From the NCBI RefSeq assembly GCF_009914755.1, contig NC_060939.1: a stretch of DNA of 64,000 nucleotides; one strand, given 5' to 3'. Of this stretch, positions 39,078 to 55,138 are shown in pieces; the first letter of the stretch is position 1, and each line of letters starts with the position of its first letter. The notes under the pieces were generated by a model. It was given only the letters and a program-made list of their open reading frames with translations, did no database searches and was not told where the DNA came from. The stretch comes from the human T2T-CHM13v2.0 reference genome, Homo sapiens. Position numbers and translations under genes: made by a program.

Positions 39078-39568
39078 TTATTTATTCCACAGAAAATACA
39101 TGAATATACAAATGATTAAATACCTTAATAGCTATGAAACTTCAAATTATTTACAGGAACTTCTAAAATACATGAACTAGCCTGAGACTTTTCTCCCTTT
39201 CTTGTGGCCTTGCTAAGGAAAGAAATAGTCACAAACAAGGAAGGAATAAGGAAAAGGGGTAAAAACTGAGGTGGGAGGTGCATAATCAAGAGAATAGCTA
39301 ATCAGGAAGCATAGAGTCTGGGGGTAAAGAATCTGGGTTTGGGAATCTGAGAGACCTGAGTTTGAGCGTTAGTTGTGGGGCTTGACATTTTCTAGTTGTG
39401 GGGCTTAACAAATTAACCCCCCTAAGGCCACGCTGTCCAATGTAATAGCCATCAGTCACATATGGCTATTTACATTTAGATTAAGTTAAAATTAAACAAA
39501 ATTTAAAACTCCATTCCTCAGTTACACTAGTCACATTTCAAGTACTCAGTAGCCACAAGTGACTACTG

Positions 39569-39762
39569 TAGAGTTGTCAGATTTGGCAAATAAAAAAAGA
39601 TGCCCAGTTAAATCCAAACGTAAATTTGAGATAAACAATGAATGGGTAGGATATACATATACTAAAAATATTCATTGGGATATACCTAGGCTAAAAAACA
39701 ATCTGTTGTTTATCTGAAATTCAAATTTAACTAAGCGTTCTGTATTTTATCTGGCAATCCTA
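39569..39762. mobile_element. MER53 palindromic MITE nested in a MER33-type element (~39428-39815)
   Basis: TAGAGTTGTCAGAT...CCAGTTAAAT...GATAAACAA // TTGTTTATCTGAAATTCAAATTTAACT...TATCTGGCAATCCTA. Confidence 0.8.
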
Positions 39763-40000
39763 GCCTAGAGGCTGTAATAGATAGAACAGAATACTTCTAT
39801 CATTACAGAATGATAGCAATGAAGCACTAGTTTCTACATCTTTAGAATGAGGTTAATAAGACACTTCCCATATAGAGTAGTTAAGATTCAAGACTCTTTG
39901 AATCTTAGCCTGTTACCTGGGACATGCTAGTAACTTACTAGTTTACTAGTTAGTTGTCATTCTTAAGATATTAAATCAGTTCCTGAATAACTCTAAGTTA

Positions 40001-40201
<201 letters not shown>

Positions 40202-40858
40202 TCATTGTATTTCAAACAAAACATATTCCTCCATTCGGCAGCATTTATTGAGCAATATGTGCCCACTGTGTGCCAGGCCCAGAAGTGTATATTGTACTCT
40301 GGAAAGATGAGCAGCCACCCCTGCACCTGGAGACCGTGAACACATTACACAGATATTCCACATTCAAGAATGAGTTTAAACATCAGAACTTTTTATAAGA
40401 AAAGATTATGGGTTAGAATGAAATCTCCTGCACTGTTATTAAGCTCATAGAAAGGGTAAACATATTTTCACCAAATTTCTAAGTTGACTAAAGCAGCAAC
40501 CCTGGAAAGTATACAGAAGCTGTCTTGGAACAAGTAAAAGGGAGAATAATATGAACTGAGAGTAATCTACATATAAAATTTATTTCCCCCCACCCACAGA
40601 TATGGTAGAAGCTGAAAATACAAATAAGATTTGAGAACATGTAATAGCTGACTACACTGAGGATGATTCCCTGACGCCATTCACTGAACTATGTGACTGT
40701 CAGAGACAGACACAGGCTGAACAAGCCTTGCATCAATGCCCCTTGCATGTTATGGTGCCATGTTTTATGTGGGGGCATAGAATGTACAAAAATATAGCTG
40801 AAATTGAAAATAGAGATGTACATGTCCAACAAAGTTCCAGTATTAAAAACAAAGCTTT

Positions 40859-41270
<412 letters not shown>

Positions 41271-41339
41271 TCAGTGAGGTTCCTGGGAAGAGCTGCTGGG
41301 TAGAATTTGTATGATTCACAAGAGTCTTGAAACTGGGAA

Positions 41340-41368
41340 GTGCGTGTGTGTGTGTGTGTGCGCGCGCA
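41340..41368 (+). repeat. (TG)n(CG)n alternating purine-pyrimidine tract
   Basis: gtgcgtgtgtgtgtgtgtgtgcgcgcgca. Confidence 0.9.
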
Positions 41369-41534
41369 TCTGGAGGAGGGATAAAAAAGCCTTACAATTA
41401 AGGTTTAAACCTCTAATCTGCCAATTGAGGGACTATGTGGCCCTGCATGGGGGAGAGGGAAAGGAGAATCTAGCTGAAGACTTGGGAAATTCATTTTAAG
41501 GAGTATATGATCAGTCTCCACTTAAAAATTGGTT

Positions 41535-42900
41535 GCTGGTGGGATTGTAAAATGGTACAGCCACTTTGGAAAACATTCTGGCAGTTCCTCAAAAAGTTAA
41601 ACATAGAGTTACTATATGACCCAGAAATTCCACTCCTAGTTGTATACCCAAAATAACCAAAAACATGTCTACAAAAACTTGTATATGAATGTTCATAGCA
41701 GATTATTCACAATAGCCAAAAAGTAGAAAAAACCCCAACATCCATCAACTGATGAACAGATAAACAAAATGTGATATATCCACTCAATTGAATACTACTG
41801 AACAATAAAAAGTAATGAAATACTGATACATGCTGCAACATGGATGAACTTTGAAAATATTATGTACTAAGTGAGAGAAGCCAGGCACAAAAGTCACAGA
41901 CTGTGTGATTCTATTTACATGAAATGTCAAGAACAGGCCAATTGATAAAGGCAGAAACCAGATTAGTAGTTACCTGGGGCTGTGGAGAGTAGGGTATGGA
42001 TAAGAAGTGACTGCTAGTGGGTAGTAGTTGGAGGGAGTGTGTTCTTGTTTGGTTTGTTTTCATCTTTGAGAAAAACAGCTTTATCGAGATACAATTCACA
42101 CATACCATATAACTCACCCATTTAAGGTGTACAATTCAATGATTTTTAGCATATTCACAGAGTTATGCAACCATCATCACAATCTAATTTTGGAACATTT
42201 TCATCTTCCCCAAAAGGAACATGTACAATAATATGGTAGACACATGTTTTCACTTCTCTTGGGTATAGTCCTAGAACTACTGGATTGCATAGTAACTCTT
42301 GTTTAATGTTTTAAGAAACTGCCAAACTTTTCCAAAGCAGCTGTATCATTTTACATTCTCACCAGCAACGTATGAGGGTTCCAATTTCTCCACATCCTCA
42401 TCAACACTTGTTATTGTCTGTTTTTTTCATTAGAGCCATCCTAGTGACTGTGGGTGAGATCTCATTGTGGTTTTGATTTGCATTCCCCTGATGGCGAATG
42501 GTGCTCAGCATCTCTTCATGTGCTTATTGGCCATTTGTATGTCTTCCCTGGAGACATGTCTCTTCAGATCTTTTGCCTATTTTTAAATTGGGTTGTTTAC
42601 CTTTTTAGTATTGAGTTATACAAGACCCCCATATATTTTAGATATACGTGCATTACCAGATATATGATTTGCATACACTTTCTCCCATCCTTGGGTTATC
42701 TTCGCTTTCTTGATGGTATCCTTTGAAGCACAGAAGTTTCAAATTTTGACCATGGTTTCTTTTTGAGGTGATGAAAATGTTCTAAAATTAGATAGCAGTG
42801 ATAGCTGCACAACTCTATGAATATACTGAAAGCCACTCAACTGTACACTCTGTAAGTTAATTTCATGGTATGTCAATTACATCTCAATAAAAATATTATT
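41535..42900 (+). mobile_element. L1MB-type 3' region with an antisense L1 fragment nested at ~42065-42752
   Basis: GGTGGGATTGTAAAATGGTACAGCCACTTTGGAAAAC...; resumes at 42755 TTTTGAGGTGATGAAAATGTTCTAAAATTAGAT. Confidence 0.8.
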
Positions 42901-42908
42901 AAAACACA

Positions 42909-43180
42909 GGCTGGGTGCAGTGGCTCACGCCTGTAATCCTAGCATTCTGGGAGGCCGAGGTGGGCAGATCACCTGAGGTCAGGAGTTCAAGACCAGCCTG
43001 TCCAACATAGTGAAACCCTGTCTCTACCAAAAATACAAAAATTAGCCAGGTGTGGTGGCATGCACCTGTAGACCCAGCTACTCAGGAGGCTGAGACAGGA
43101 GAATCGCTTGAACCTGGGAGGTAGGGGTTGCAGCCTGGGAAACAGAGCAAGACTCTGCCTCAAAAAACAAAACAAAAAAA
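42909..43180 (+). mobile_element. Alu (S family) with a deletion in the right arm
   Basis: GGTTGCAG joined directly to CCTGGG. Confidence 0.93.
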
Positions 43181-44089
43181 CCAGTGACCCTGCTTAAATA
43201 CAGGTTAAATTTTTCATGATTTGACTGTCTTCTACGATTTATTTTGGACTAGAATGGGTTTGAACACAGCTGCAGCTAGGCATTTTCAGGTGATGCGGAA
43301 TAGGGCTGTTTAAAACTGAGGTGTACAGTAAATAGCAACAGCATTACCTAATCCATTCAAGAGGCTACCAAAAAACAGGAAATGTGGGAGAAAAGGTTTT
43401 GCTCTTGTAAACTGTACAGTATAATACAAAAAACTCCATGTGATTAACACTCACTTTAATAATGCATGCATTCTCAAGGGTGATGCTATCATCCCCAAAG
43501 GAATAAAAATTGGTCTTGGGGGGTGAAAGAATTACTCTATGTATAAACACAGATGTACATACATACATAAACCTGTATCGCAATGGTGTGATCCTAAAAT
43601 TTCTTTGGAGAGGCACAATTAAGAAAAAATGTCTAAAATCTCCTTAGGTGTGGAGGTTAATGAAAAAAAATCAAGAAACACTGTTCTAATGACAGAAACT
43701 ATTTTACTTTTTGGTTACAGAGTTTCTACTTGCATATACACATACAAATGTATTAAATACATGAACAGTATACATCTATGTAAGTATACCTATATACATA
43801 ATTATATAGTTACCTTGAATGTAAGTTAAAGGATACAAGTGAGTGATGGTTGAATTTACATTACACACTGTCAAAACAAAAATTCTAAAAGGCACGATTA
43901 ACTTAGTTTGTAATACACCTAAAACGTTGTCCAGCATCTCAAACTTGGCTGCAACCCTCTGAACATCAGCTCACGGATGAACCAATTATTGCTACATTCT
44001 CAATAGCACCAGTACACTCAGTACTAAACCTCTGAAATATTTCACAATCTTGATTCTATAAATATGACCATTTTACAGAAAAATTTTAA

Positions 44090-44499
<410 letters not shown>

Positions 44500-44721
44500 T
44501 AAATTCACATTTTGCTTATTTGGAAAATAAGACCTGCTTTAACCAGAAGTAGAGATGTCCTTAAGCACATGCTTCCTGAAGACTCTGCTCAAAAGGCTCA
44601 CGCAACCCAGGAAACCAGGTGACTGTCTCAGGTTCAGCACAGCAAAATCATAGAGGGAACAATTCCAAGCACATTTCATAGATTAATACTGAAACTTATT
44701 TTTTGCATCTCGTCACCTAGG

Positions 44722-44910
44722 TCAGGTTTTCTCAACTTTGGCACTACTGACATTTTGGCTGGATAATGCTTTGTAGTGGGGGGCTGTTCTGTATGTACGA
44801 CATCTGATCAACATCCCTGACTGCTACAAACCAGATGCCAGTTACACCCTACCCTCCAGTTGTGACCACCAAAAATGTCTCCAGACACTACCAAATGCCC
44901 TTGGCGGGGG
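44722..44910. mobile_element. MER20
   Basis: TTCTCAACTTTGGCACTACTGACATTTTGG...GTTGTGACCACCAAAAATGTCTCCAGACA. Confidence 0.8.
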
Positions 44911-46007
44911 GCCTATACCACTCCCATGGGCATTTGGGGCCTATAGTTTTAGTTTGGGGGCAATTTTAGCTTCAGTTTCGGGATAATTTTAAATAATTTT
45001 GTCTATAATTCAATGAATGAATGCAGCTTTATGAGAAATATTCTTGTGGTTCTCCATGAGCCCATTTGAATAAGGCTTAATAAAGCTCATTAAACATCTA
45101 TGGAAATAAATCTCAGAGGAATTATTTATGAACTAAAAAAGCTAATTACAGTGTCTAAGAAAACTTCCAATATCAAGGCCCTTGGGTTTTTCCACCCATC
45201 TTAGAACTCCACGACATAGTAAAATTACAGCACCATTATCTAAAGATAAATGAAAACTTCTAAAATGAAATTAAATGAAAATATTCTAATTACAGGACAA
45301 AAAGTACTCATGTAAATCAAAACGGAAAACTCTTAAAATGTATAGCCTTTGGAATCCATTCTTGTTCCATTCTTCAGAAACATAAAGCAGATGTTTACAA
45401 CATTCTGAACTCATCAAGACACAATCATTGCTTTTTAATGCACTCATCTTAATCAGACTATTTTCAGAATTGTTATTAATCACTTTGATGTGCTACAAAT
45501 CAACATTCAAAATCCTGGTTTGCTTTTTCGTAACTATCGTTTTCTCATTTATCTAAAAACTACTGACACACCTAGTATGTGATGGAAGATTGGGTTTTGC
45601 AGTCTTGGGATAGAAAGTTATGACCTAGTTTTTAGGCACGCTCCTGGACCCACTTGGTCTCTCGGACACCCTGTTCTACCTTTGGCTTGAGGAGATGCTA
45701 CCACAGGCCTCTTGTCAGGAGATGCTGAGTTGAATTCCTGGCAGTGATCAGGCTAGGCACATAGTTGGGTATATACATAGATATTCAGTGCCAGACAGAG
45801 TAGGTCTCTCATGGGATTTGAATTGAGCTCAGAATAAAAACTGTTTAGTTCAAGGCTGTTTTCATCTCTAGTATGTGCATATACTTTCATTTCACTGAAG
45901 ATAAACCCAGGGGGATATTCCTGGGGGACTAACTGGTAAGGGGAAGAGGGAATTTTGGGGTTCCCAGATTCACAGCACTGGCCCTTTGAAGGGAGTCATT
46001 TGTATTA

Positions 46008-46364
<357 letters not shown>

Positions 46365-47140
46365 TCAGGTGCATAGTAGCAACATGTAGATAGTGGCTAC
46401 TCTATTGGACAGTGGAGATACACAACATTTCCATCATCACAGAAAGCTCTACTGGACAAGGCTGAGTTCAATGGTAGGTAGATTAGCCACCCTTCCAGCA
46501 TCTGCTTTTTGACGTGGTTTATCATGTGATCTATTTTAAACCTCACTACAGTACTGTGAGGAGAGAATTATTCTCAGAAACTTAAATTTATGGAAGATTT
46601 GTAACATGCCCAGGGTCACGCAGTTGGTGAGCCTTATTGAGCATTTATTACATGTGAGATACTGTACTAATCAGTGTACAAGAATTATTTCATTTCTTTC
46701 TCACAACTACCCAGGGAGATTAGGTATTACTATCCCGATTTTATAGATGAGGAAGGTAAAGAACTTACAGGCTACTGGGATGGTCTCAAACTTGGATACT
46801 AGGGGAGGATTACGCCTTGAAATATCAGTATTTGGTGCTAACTACAGTTATGGTTTCATTTAATTCCTACAACCACTTTCAGAGTTAGGTATTATCATAC
46901 ACATTCTGCAGATGGGGACATTAAAGTTCCACACAGTAAAGACATTTCATTCATTGAATAAGTATTTACTGAGCATTTATGAGCCAGGCATTGTTCTAAA
47001 TTCTACAGATTAAAATGTTGAACAAAACTGATAAGGTCCCTACCTTCAAGGAGCTTATATTCTAAAGGGCAGAGACAGGAAATGAACAACAAACAGTATC
47101 ATTTCAGAATAAGGCAAGTGTTATGAAAGAACTAAGAAGA

Positions 47141-47435
<295 letters not shown>

Positions 47436-49011
47436 CTAAGAAGAAAGCTATGCTAATGATTTAACTGGGTGGCATGGAGGGATAGGGACAGGAGTAAGAA
47501 TGTTTTAGATTGAGTCATCATCAAGAGCCTTTGAGGAGGTAACATGTGAATTGAGTCCCAAGGCATGCCAAGGAGTTGGTCATGTGCAGACTGGAGAGAG
47601 AGGAAGTATTTAAGGGAGAAGGCATAGCAAGTGCAAAGGCTCTCAGGCACAATAGAGATGGGTGTTCAGGGAAGAGTTAAGGGGCCAATGTAGCTGGAGT
47701 GAAGTTGTTGAGGTTATTAGCAGAAAATGAGAATAAGACAGGTGTCAGAGACCACTGTGCATAGGACCTTGTGGGGCAGGTGAAGGAGTCTGGATTTTAA
47801 CAGTAAGCCTTTTTTTTTTTATGTATGAAATGAATATAATCTCCCTGTTAAAAAGATACCTCTGGCTGCAGGGCTGGGGAGCCCGAGCCCCTTCCCGTTC
47901 ACCTCACCGGGCACCTTTCACTGAGAGGTAGTAAAACCTAGAATTGGCCTCAACCTATGTCTTACTTCCAGTTAAGCCATGTAAAAACTTCAGCTCCATG
48001 CCTTGGTGCCTTTGGCCATCATGTGGGCTGGAAACCTACTCCTGCCTACCTCAGAGGCCTGTTAGCCATATTAATGTGGATACACAGATGGGGAGCTGAA
48101 GCAATCAATCAAAACAGTGAGACTGTTACTGCTGCCAGACCCACAACAAGTAAGTTCTTCGGTCTTCTGGGCTCTGGTTGTCCGACTCTGCACAGAGCTA
48201 CCAAAAATATCTAAGGTAAAAGCCCCTAAAAAAGTTGCTTCACAATGAATCATTCCTGCAAGAGGCAATGAAACAACTAAAACTCCAAACCAACACTTAG
48301 CACTGGGCCTGATACTTGGTAAGCCCTCCACTGGTATTATCTGAGAAAGTAAACGAATGATTGAACAAATCAATGAGAGAACTGTACTATGCTTACTGAT
48401 TATTAATCTTTTTCCCCCAGTTATCTTTTTCCCCAATATGCCTTAGTAAAAATAAATTTAATTTCCAAGTCTCAGTTGGTGGTCAGGTGACTTAAGTACT
48501 GACCAATGGTATACAATACAAATTGTTGGGTGAAGTATTGTAGAAAACTCCTCATAAATAGCAGATGACTCTACTGTAAGACCTGTCTGCCTTTCCCTCT
48601 TCCTCTTTCTTGGAACAAGAACCTGATGGCAGGAGCTCAGATACCATTTTGTGACTATGAGGCAATACCGAGGTCATGCCCTAAGGATGGCTGAGAAGAA
48701 AGAGTAGCAACTATTATTTAGGAATTCTTTTAATTTGCAGCCAAATGCAGTTTCTAGTTTACACACTGATCTTCCAGTTGACTATGGAGAGGGCCATGTA
48801 AAAACCACGTGGAAAATGACTCACTAGCAGAGATCACCGAAGTTAAGTTTTAGAGTCTGTGGTCCTCTCTTACGTGTGAGATTCTAAGGCTATGCCAGAT
48901 TCTCAGTGGAAAAAAATCGTAACTCTTCAACTTTAAATTTAAAAACCCAGTCTGGCAAACCACAAATCACTTTTTAACAGCCACCAAGTTTACAATAAAA
49001 ATGCTTCAGGA

Positions 49012-49534
49012 TTTTCTTTTTTTGAGACAGGGTCTTGTTCTGTCACCCAGGCTGGAGGACAGTGATCACTGTTCACAGCAGTCTCTACCTCCCGGGATCA
49101 AGGGATCCTCCCACTTTATTCGCCCTCCCAAATCTCACATAGGCGCATGCCACCATAACCAGCTAATTTTTAAAAAAATGTTTTTATAGAGACGGGGGTC
49201 TCACTATGTTGCTTAGGCTGGTCTTGAACTCCTGATTCACTTTTTTTCTTTTTTGGAGACAGTGTGGCTCTGTCGCCCAGGCTGGAGTGCTGTGGTGGGA
49301 TCTTGGCTCACTACAACTTCTGCCTCCCGGGTTAAAGTGATTCTCCTGCCTCAGCTTCCTGAGTAGCTGGGACTACAGATGTATGCCACCACACCCGGCT
49401 AACTTTTTGTATTTTTAGTAGAGATGGGGTTTCACCATGTTAGTCAGGATGGTCTCTATCTCCTGACCTCATGATCTGCCCACTTCGGCCTCCCAATGTG
49501 CTGGGATTACAGGCATGAGCCACCGCGCCTGGCC
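49012..49534 (-). mobile_element. Two adjacent Alus (AluJ-like 49012-49235, AluS-like 49240-49534)
   Basis: Alu consensus. Confidence 0.9.
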
Positions 49535-50299
49535 AGTTTTTTCTAAGTAGTACTTTTTAAATGTTGAATATAGATAATTGTTGCTAACGTGCATATCAAA
49601 AACTGCCAATCAGGACACATAAAACAAGACATCTTTTAAAGCAGCTGGGCTACCTTTGGTGTCTAGGTGGAGAGCCTGGCTTCACTTAACCTGTTGTGAA
49701 ATTGTCATTCTTACTCTTTCTGTGGCTGCAGAGCTAGCCTTCCTGGTTTAGGAAACTGCATCATTCAAGGGTGGGAGTTAATTCTCTACCCCACTGCTCT
49801 TTGGAGCTACTTTGCCTCTGCACTTCTTACTTTCCTTAATAGAACTGGATTTTTTTTTTCTCCTTACCTTCCCACCTCTCACTTTTCACTCCTTTCACTT
49901 TTTCTTTTTAAGTTTCCCATTGTTTTTCTTACATATGAAAACCCACAGAGGTACAACTAGGATTCTGAAAAATAGTATCACCCTTTGCCAAATAGGTAAT
50001 AAGGACAACCGGGAAGAAGAGAGGTGAAGCCCACTAAGTCCTTTAATGTGAGGCAGCTTATCTGCAGGTGAGAGTGTCGGACTTTAGCTGACCTTGAGAA
50101 ACACACATGGGGCAGACACTCAACACATCATGCCATCATCTTCCACTAATAGTTTAAGAAAATGATAATCATTTATTTAACAAGGTTTTTATTTGTTTGT
50201 TTCTAAAGCATCTACTATGTACTTGGTAACCATGGGGAGCTTCATGGAGATACAAAGATGAGTAATTGCCAGTGTCTGACACTAGGGAAGACTTGAATG

Positions 50300-51300
50300 A
50301 CTGCAAGAAAAAATCACACAACTGGGTTGGTCAAAAACAGCAGAGTAGAGAATATGATTTGTCAAAAATTAGCATGAGTCATTCACTGTGTTAAAATCTA
50401 GGAATTCAAAATATACTCAAAACAAACAAAACTCATTGGCCACTTTTAGAAAATGCTAGGACACCAACTAACTATTCTGAAAATTGGTAAACAAAGGAAA
50501 AAAATCAAATGTGTATCCTTTGCTATATAACCTGTATTTCAGGGTAAAAAAATCATTGATGAGACAAAGATTATCTCTGAATGTGGATCAAATAAATGAA
50601 GAACTGGAGTATCACCATTCCGCAACTCCTAATGAAAAATAGGAGGCCATTTGTCTCTGGACTGAAGGATACATACCACCACACATATGGTGTTCTTGAT
50701 AAAAAAGTTCAAACCTGAATTGGATCAAGCCTCTTACTCAACTCCAATTTAAGAATATACAGGAGATACAGGAATGTTTAAATGATACTACAAGGAAATA
50801 ATCATTGAAATTCAGACCAGGGAGCACTCTACAGGACAAATGATCCAGCTTTTTCAACAAATAAATTGCAAGGAAAAAAGTAAAGTATGAACCTATATAT
50901 TAAAAAAGACAATGTACGGACCTTACTTGAATCCTGATTTGAAGAAACCAACTGTAATATAAAGTTTGTCAGGTAATCAAGGAAATTTGAACACCAATTA
51001 GAAATTTAATGACATTACAGTTATTGTTAATTTTTTAGGTGCTCTATGGTATATTGCCCTGGTTTTTTAAAAAAGAGCCTTTGTATTTTAGAGCTTCATA
51101 TTATAATATATATGAATGAAATTATATAATGCCTAGGATTTGCTTTAAAGTAATCTAGTGTTGGTTATGATGGGTAGGAAATACAGATGAAATGAGACTG
51201 GCCCAAAGTTGGTAACTGTTGAATCCCCAAGCACATATTACATCAAGTTTCATTCTAATTTTGATTGTTTGAAATCTTCTATAATAAAAAGTGAAAAAAA
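50300..51300 (+). mobile_element. Old L1MC-type 3' region
   Basis: TTGGCCACTTTTAGAAAATGCTAGGACACCAACT..., AACCTGAATTGGATCAAGCCTC..., CTACAGGACAAATGATCCAG. Confidence 0.6.
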
Positions 51301-54300
51301 TAAGTCAAACTCCTACTCTCCCCCAAATTAAATAGTTTGAGTGGGATAGGAGAAATGGAGAAGTCAAGGTTGTACAGAGAGGCCAGAGAGGGCTTCCTCC
51401 AGGAAGAAGGCATGCTCTCATCAGTGCATGCAAGAAATACCACAAGCCTAGGTACAATGTAAAGCTTAACATGTACATATGTGTCAGGCCAAGGAGCCTG
51501 GGCCACAGAGCACAGGTCTCTGTTACGGGCAGTGAGACCTACCTTGAAAGACAAAATAAGGTGGGCCTGGGCTGTCCAGATGAGCAGCCAGGAGTCTCTT
51601 TATTGGGTTCATAGGATCATTGGCTTTCTACAATGGGGAGGCACTGTTTACCACAAGCATGGTTAAAAGGAGATGTGGGGAGCCTCAGAAACCAGGTAGT
51701 CAGCATTTGCAATATAAACACAACACTAAAGGAGAATGGACAAAATCTGGTTTCTCACTCCAAGTATGAGGATGAAATGAGAGACCAAAGACTGAGGGCA
51801 TGGAGAAGGGTCTGGCAGAGAAAGGGCAGGTGGGAGGTAGAGCTCCTTCAAGTGACAGATATTGATTGGGCTGAGTCTACCTGTGAGTTTAAAGTATGCA
51901 TGACACATTTGTAGTGTTCTCTAGCTGCTTAGTTCAAAGACTGTGATGGGGAAAATACTTGTTCTTTTGATGTCTATGAATCAAAGTATAAACTGTGTGC
52001 CAAAATAATTTAATGTCTGTGCTTTTTTTCTTAAAATTATTAGTTTCAAAAACTGAAAATCTATGAAATAGCTGAAAAACATGCAAACACTACCTTAAAA
52101 GCCAAGCCAAATATTTCTTCTTTAAAAAAATTTAAGAACTGTACAGAAATGTAAATTATATGGATATATTTTTTCCTTTATAACCTAATTTGGGAAACCT
52201 CAGAGGTAATCTTTAGAAACCTTTGATAACAAAAAACCAAAAGATATTAATTGCATGTAAAGGGAACTTTCCGAACATAGTTGAATCAGCCTGAGGAAAA
52301 AAATACAGAGCAAAACACTTACACTTTAGCATAATTTTACCTAAGTTACATAAGCAATGCAACTTCACTACTGCTGCTGATACAAAATAAAGACGAAATT
52401 GTGAACATTTCTAAGTAAGATTTTGTAAAACATTCTTTTGGGGACTCATTGAGAACTAGGTTTTTGAAACTAAGTTTTTAAAAAGAAAAGATCAAACTTA
52501 GTTAATTATGCCATCCTGATCCCTTGCTTCAAATTCAGTGTGAAGTATCATGAAATGCTAAGAGTTGACAGTATAAAAATTTTACCTTCATAATGAATAA
52601 TGCAAGAAACAATTAGAGGACTACAGAAAAAGGACAACACTTCTGGAAGCTGATGTACAACTAGAAAAGAAATTTGAGGTTTGAGTATTTGGTAGGATCA
52701 CACAAATAATCTGTAGGAGACCATCAAACTAATCTAACTATATGAAAAAATGTTAGAACCCTGAATTAAGAGTTTACCTGAGGCAACTATTTCCCTATGG
52801 ACAGGGCTGTTTGGACCTGACCCTCACATTTTATTTCTCCATCTCTCTTTTGTTTCACATTAGTTGAATGAAATTATCATTTCCCCAAGGCAGAGTCCTC
52901 CTGTGATTTGTTAGGCTGGTTTATCATAATGAGTCCATGTGTAGACGGCAAGAGTGACAGTCTGTTTGCCGATAACTAACTATGTGAGGTTTGAGAAGGC
53001 CCAAAATTGGACCCTGGAGAAACAAGTCTGTTCTCTGTTTATACCCACCCTCTTCGGCTAAAATAGGCATGTGTCCGTGCAGAGAAATGGTGCCACAGTG
53101 GAAGCTTGGAATTTCCAGAATTAGGAAAAGGACTTCAAAGAATGACAAGATATGCAGAAATAAGGTTTTCAGGTGGAAACCAGTTTAAAAGGAAAAAGAA
53201 ATGCTTTCCAGATGCTTCTTTTGAGCAGAATCCAGTTATCTTTAACATCTCTCAGAGAAGTCATCAAAAATAAAGAAACAAAAACTCTGCAGTAGAACAC
53301 TTGGAATTACGTAATTAAAAGAAAAGTACCAACTCCCTAAAATCTTGATTTTAGATACTAAAAAGATGGGTGGCTCATCATTGAGATTTTACCTTAGCTA
53401 AGGTATTTTCAGTTCCTTCTAAAAAGGACAGTTTCTGACAAAAGTAACCCACTCTAAATGACATCTGTAGAGGAGAAAATTCACCCTGGGGTGAAGCACA
53501 CTCCTGTAAGTAATTTACCCTGTGGAACCTTCAGGGCATCCCTTTTAATGGCCACATCAAAATTACTTCTAAAGCCACATACAGAAGCTAAAAGACACTT
53601 CTGCCCCCCACTCCATAAGCTGCAGTTTAATTTTACTGACAAATTGAACTTTTAAAATGTTTCCCTGTTTATACTTATCCCTAGGCATTCATAAATGACA
53701 AATGTGTGCTTAGGGACAACTACTTTGTTCCACAGGGAAACCTGTATGGCTTTTCTCTCTCATCTATCGGGTTGGATCGTCTTTCCAATCTGATGATCTT
53801 GAGGTACAGAAAGTGGGCATGGGCCTGGGATGCAGGCCTAACTGCTACATGGGGGAGATGCAATAAAACATAAAATAGCCCTCCAGTAAATCTCATGCTT
53901 CCAAGGCAATTACTTCATGTTAGTCAATATTTCTAATGAGAATTATAACCACAGCAAACAGATCACTGTAGGTATCAATGGCCAAAGAACTTTAACCACT
54001 TTCTGAAGGAGGAGAATGTCCCTAAATCCTTACTAGTCTGAAGGGACACTATAGGTACAGATGATATTCAAATTAAATTATGCAGATGCCTGAACATAAT
54101 TACGAGTTCCCAAAGTGTGAGCATCATGTGTGCTAGGTGAAGATTTCACCACCTCTTCTCAGCATTTAACTACAACAGGAACACGTTCAACCAACAGTTG
54201 ACTTGAAATAGTAATAGTTTCTTGGTGAAATTAGTTAGCAAACTTATTAGATGAGAAATCAAACGATGACTCGTATCTTATTCGTTTTAACCATCTGAAA

Positions 54301-55060
54301 GTATGCCAAAAAGAATAAAGTTATTTCTTAAAATTCATCATCACAAAAGGAGAAGCCATCTTTTCACACCTCTTTAAAGAGCAAATCAAATCCAGTACAA
54401 TTTGTAACATCTGAAGTAATGTTCTTTTATATGATGTACAAAATTTTATTTTGACAAACTATTTTAACAAGGTTTTAATATGTATCAACGAATCTGGGAA
54501 GGGATCAATGAAAAGAGAGTCAGTGTATCCATCACTGAACAAAAGTTTCAATACATTAACACGTATTTGCAAACTCAGGGTCGAAGACTTAGAATCTTAT
54601 CAAGAGATCCCATAAAATCGAATAGCAAATTAAATAAACAGCGAATGAAAAAAAATCTGCCAAATGCTGTTTTTCAATTCACTTACTGTCAAGCCAAAAT
54701 CTTGTCGCTTTGATGAAAAGAATATATTTTTAAAAAAATTGTTGCTACATCTGCTCTGTGGTCCTATGCAGTAACACATGTTCTCTCTCCCTCACACACA
54801 CACTCTCTCTCTCCCTGACAGGGATTCCCAGGACACCGGTGGGGCCTCTTTTAGGCCCCTTAAGTGTTAACAGCAAGAGGCCTGGCTGAGACCAGGCGTC
54901 TGGGCCGCTTTAAATGCCCTGGCCTTCAGAGGACTGAGGCGAGCACAGCCATAAAACCAGGGGACGTTACCGAACCCCCGAGCGTCTGATGCCCCCCGCC
55001 CCCCAACCACACACAACTTCACTCACACAATTAAGGCTGGGAGATGGCATTCCACTTAAC

Positions 55061-55138
55061 TGTCAGACTCGGAGCGGTGGCAGCCCCGCAGCCACAAAGA
55101 GATGCCTTAAATGAGAAGAACATGTTTCTACACCGCAT
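55061..55138 (-). CDS. BNC1: Alternative BNC1 first coding exon 1b (MRCRNMFFSFKASLCGCGAATAPSLT, 26 codons; predicts a 987-aa isoform)
   Basis: ATG at 55138-55136; 78 nt open frame ending at donor ACA|GTTAAG in phase 0, matching exon 2. The peptide matches my recollection of an annotated alternative N-terminus. Too short to appear in the ORF track. Confidence 0.7.
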
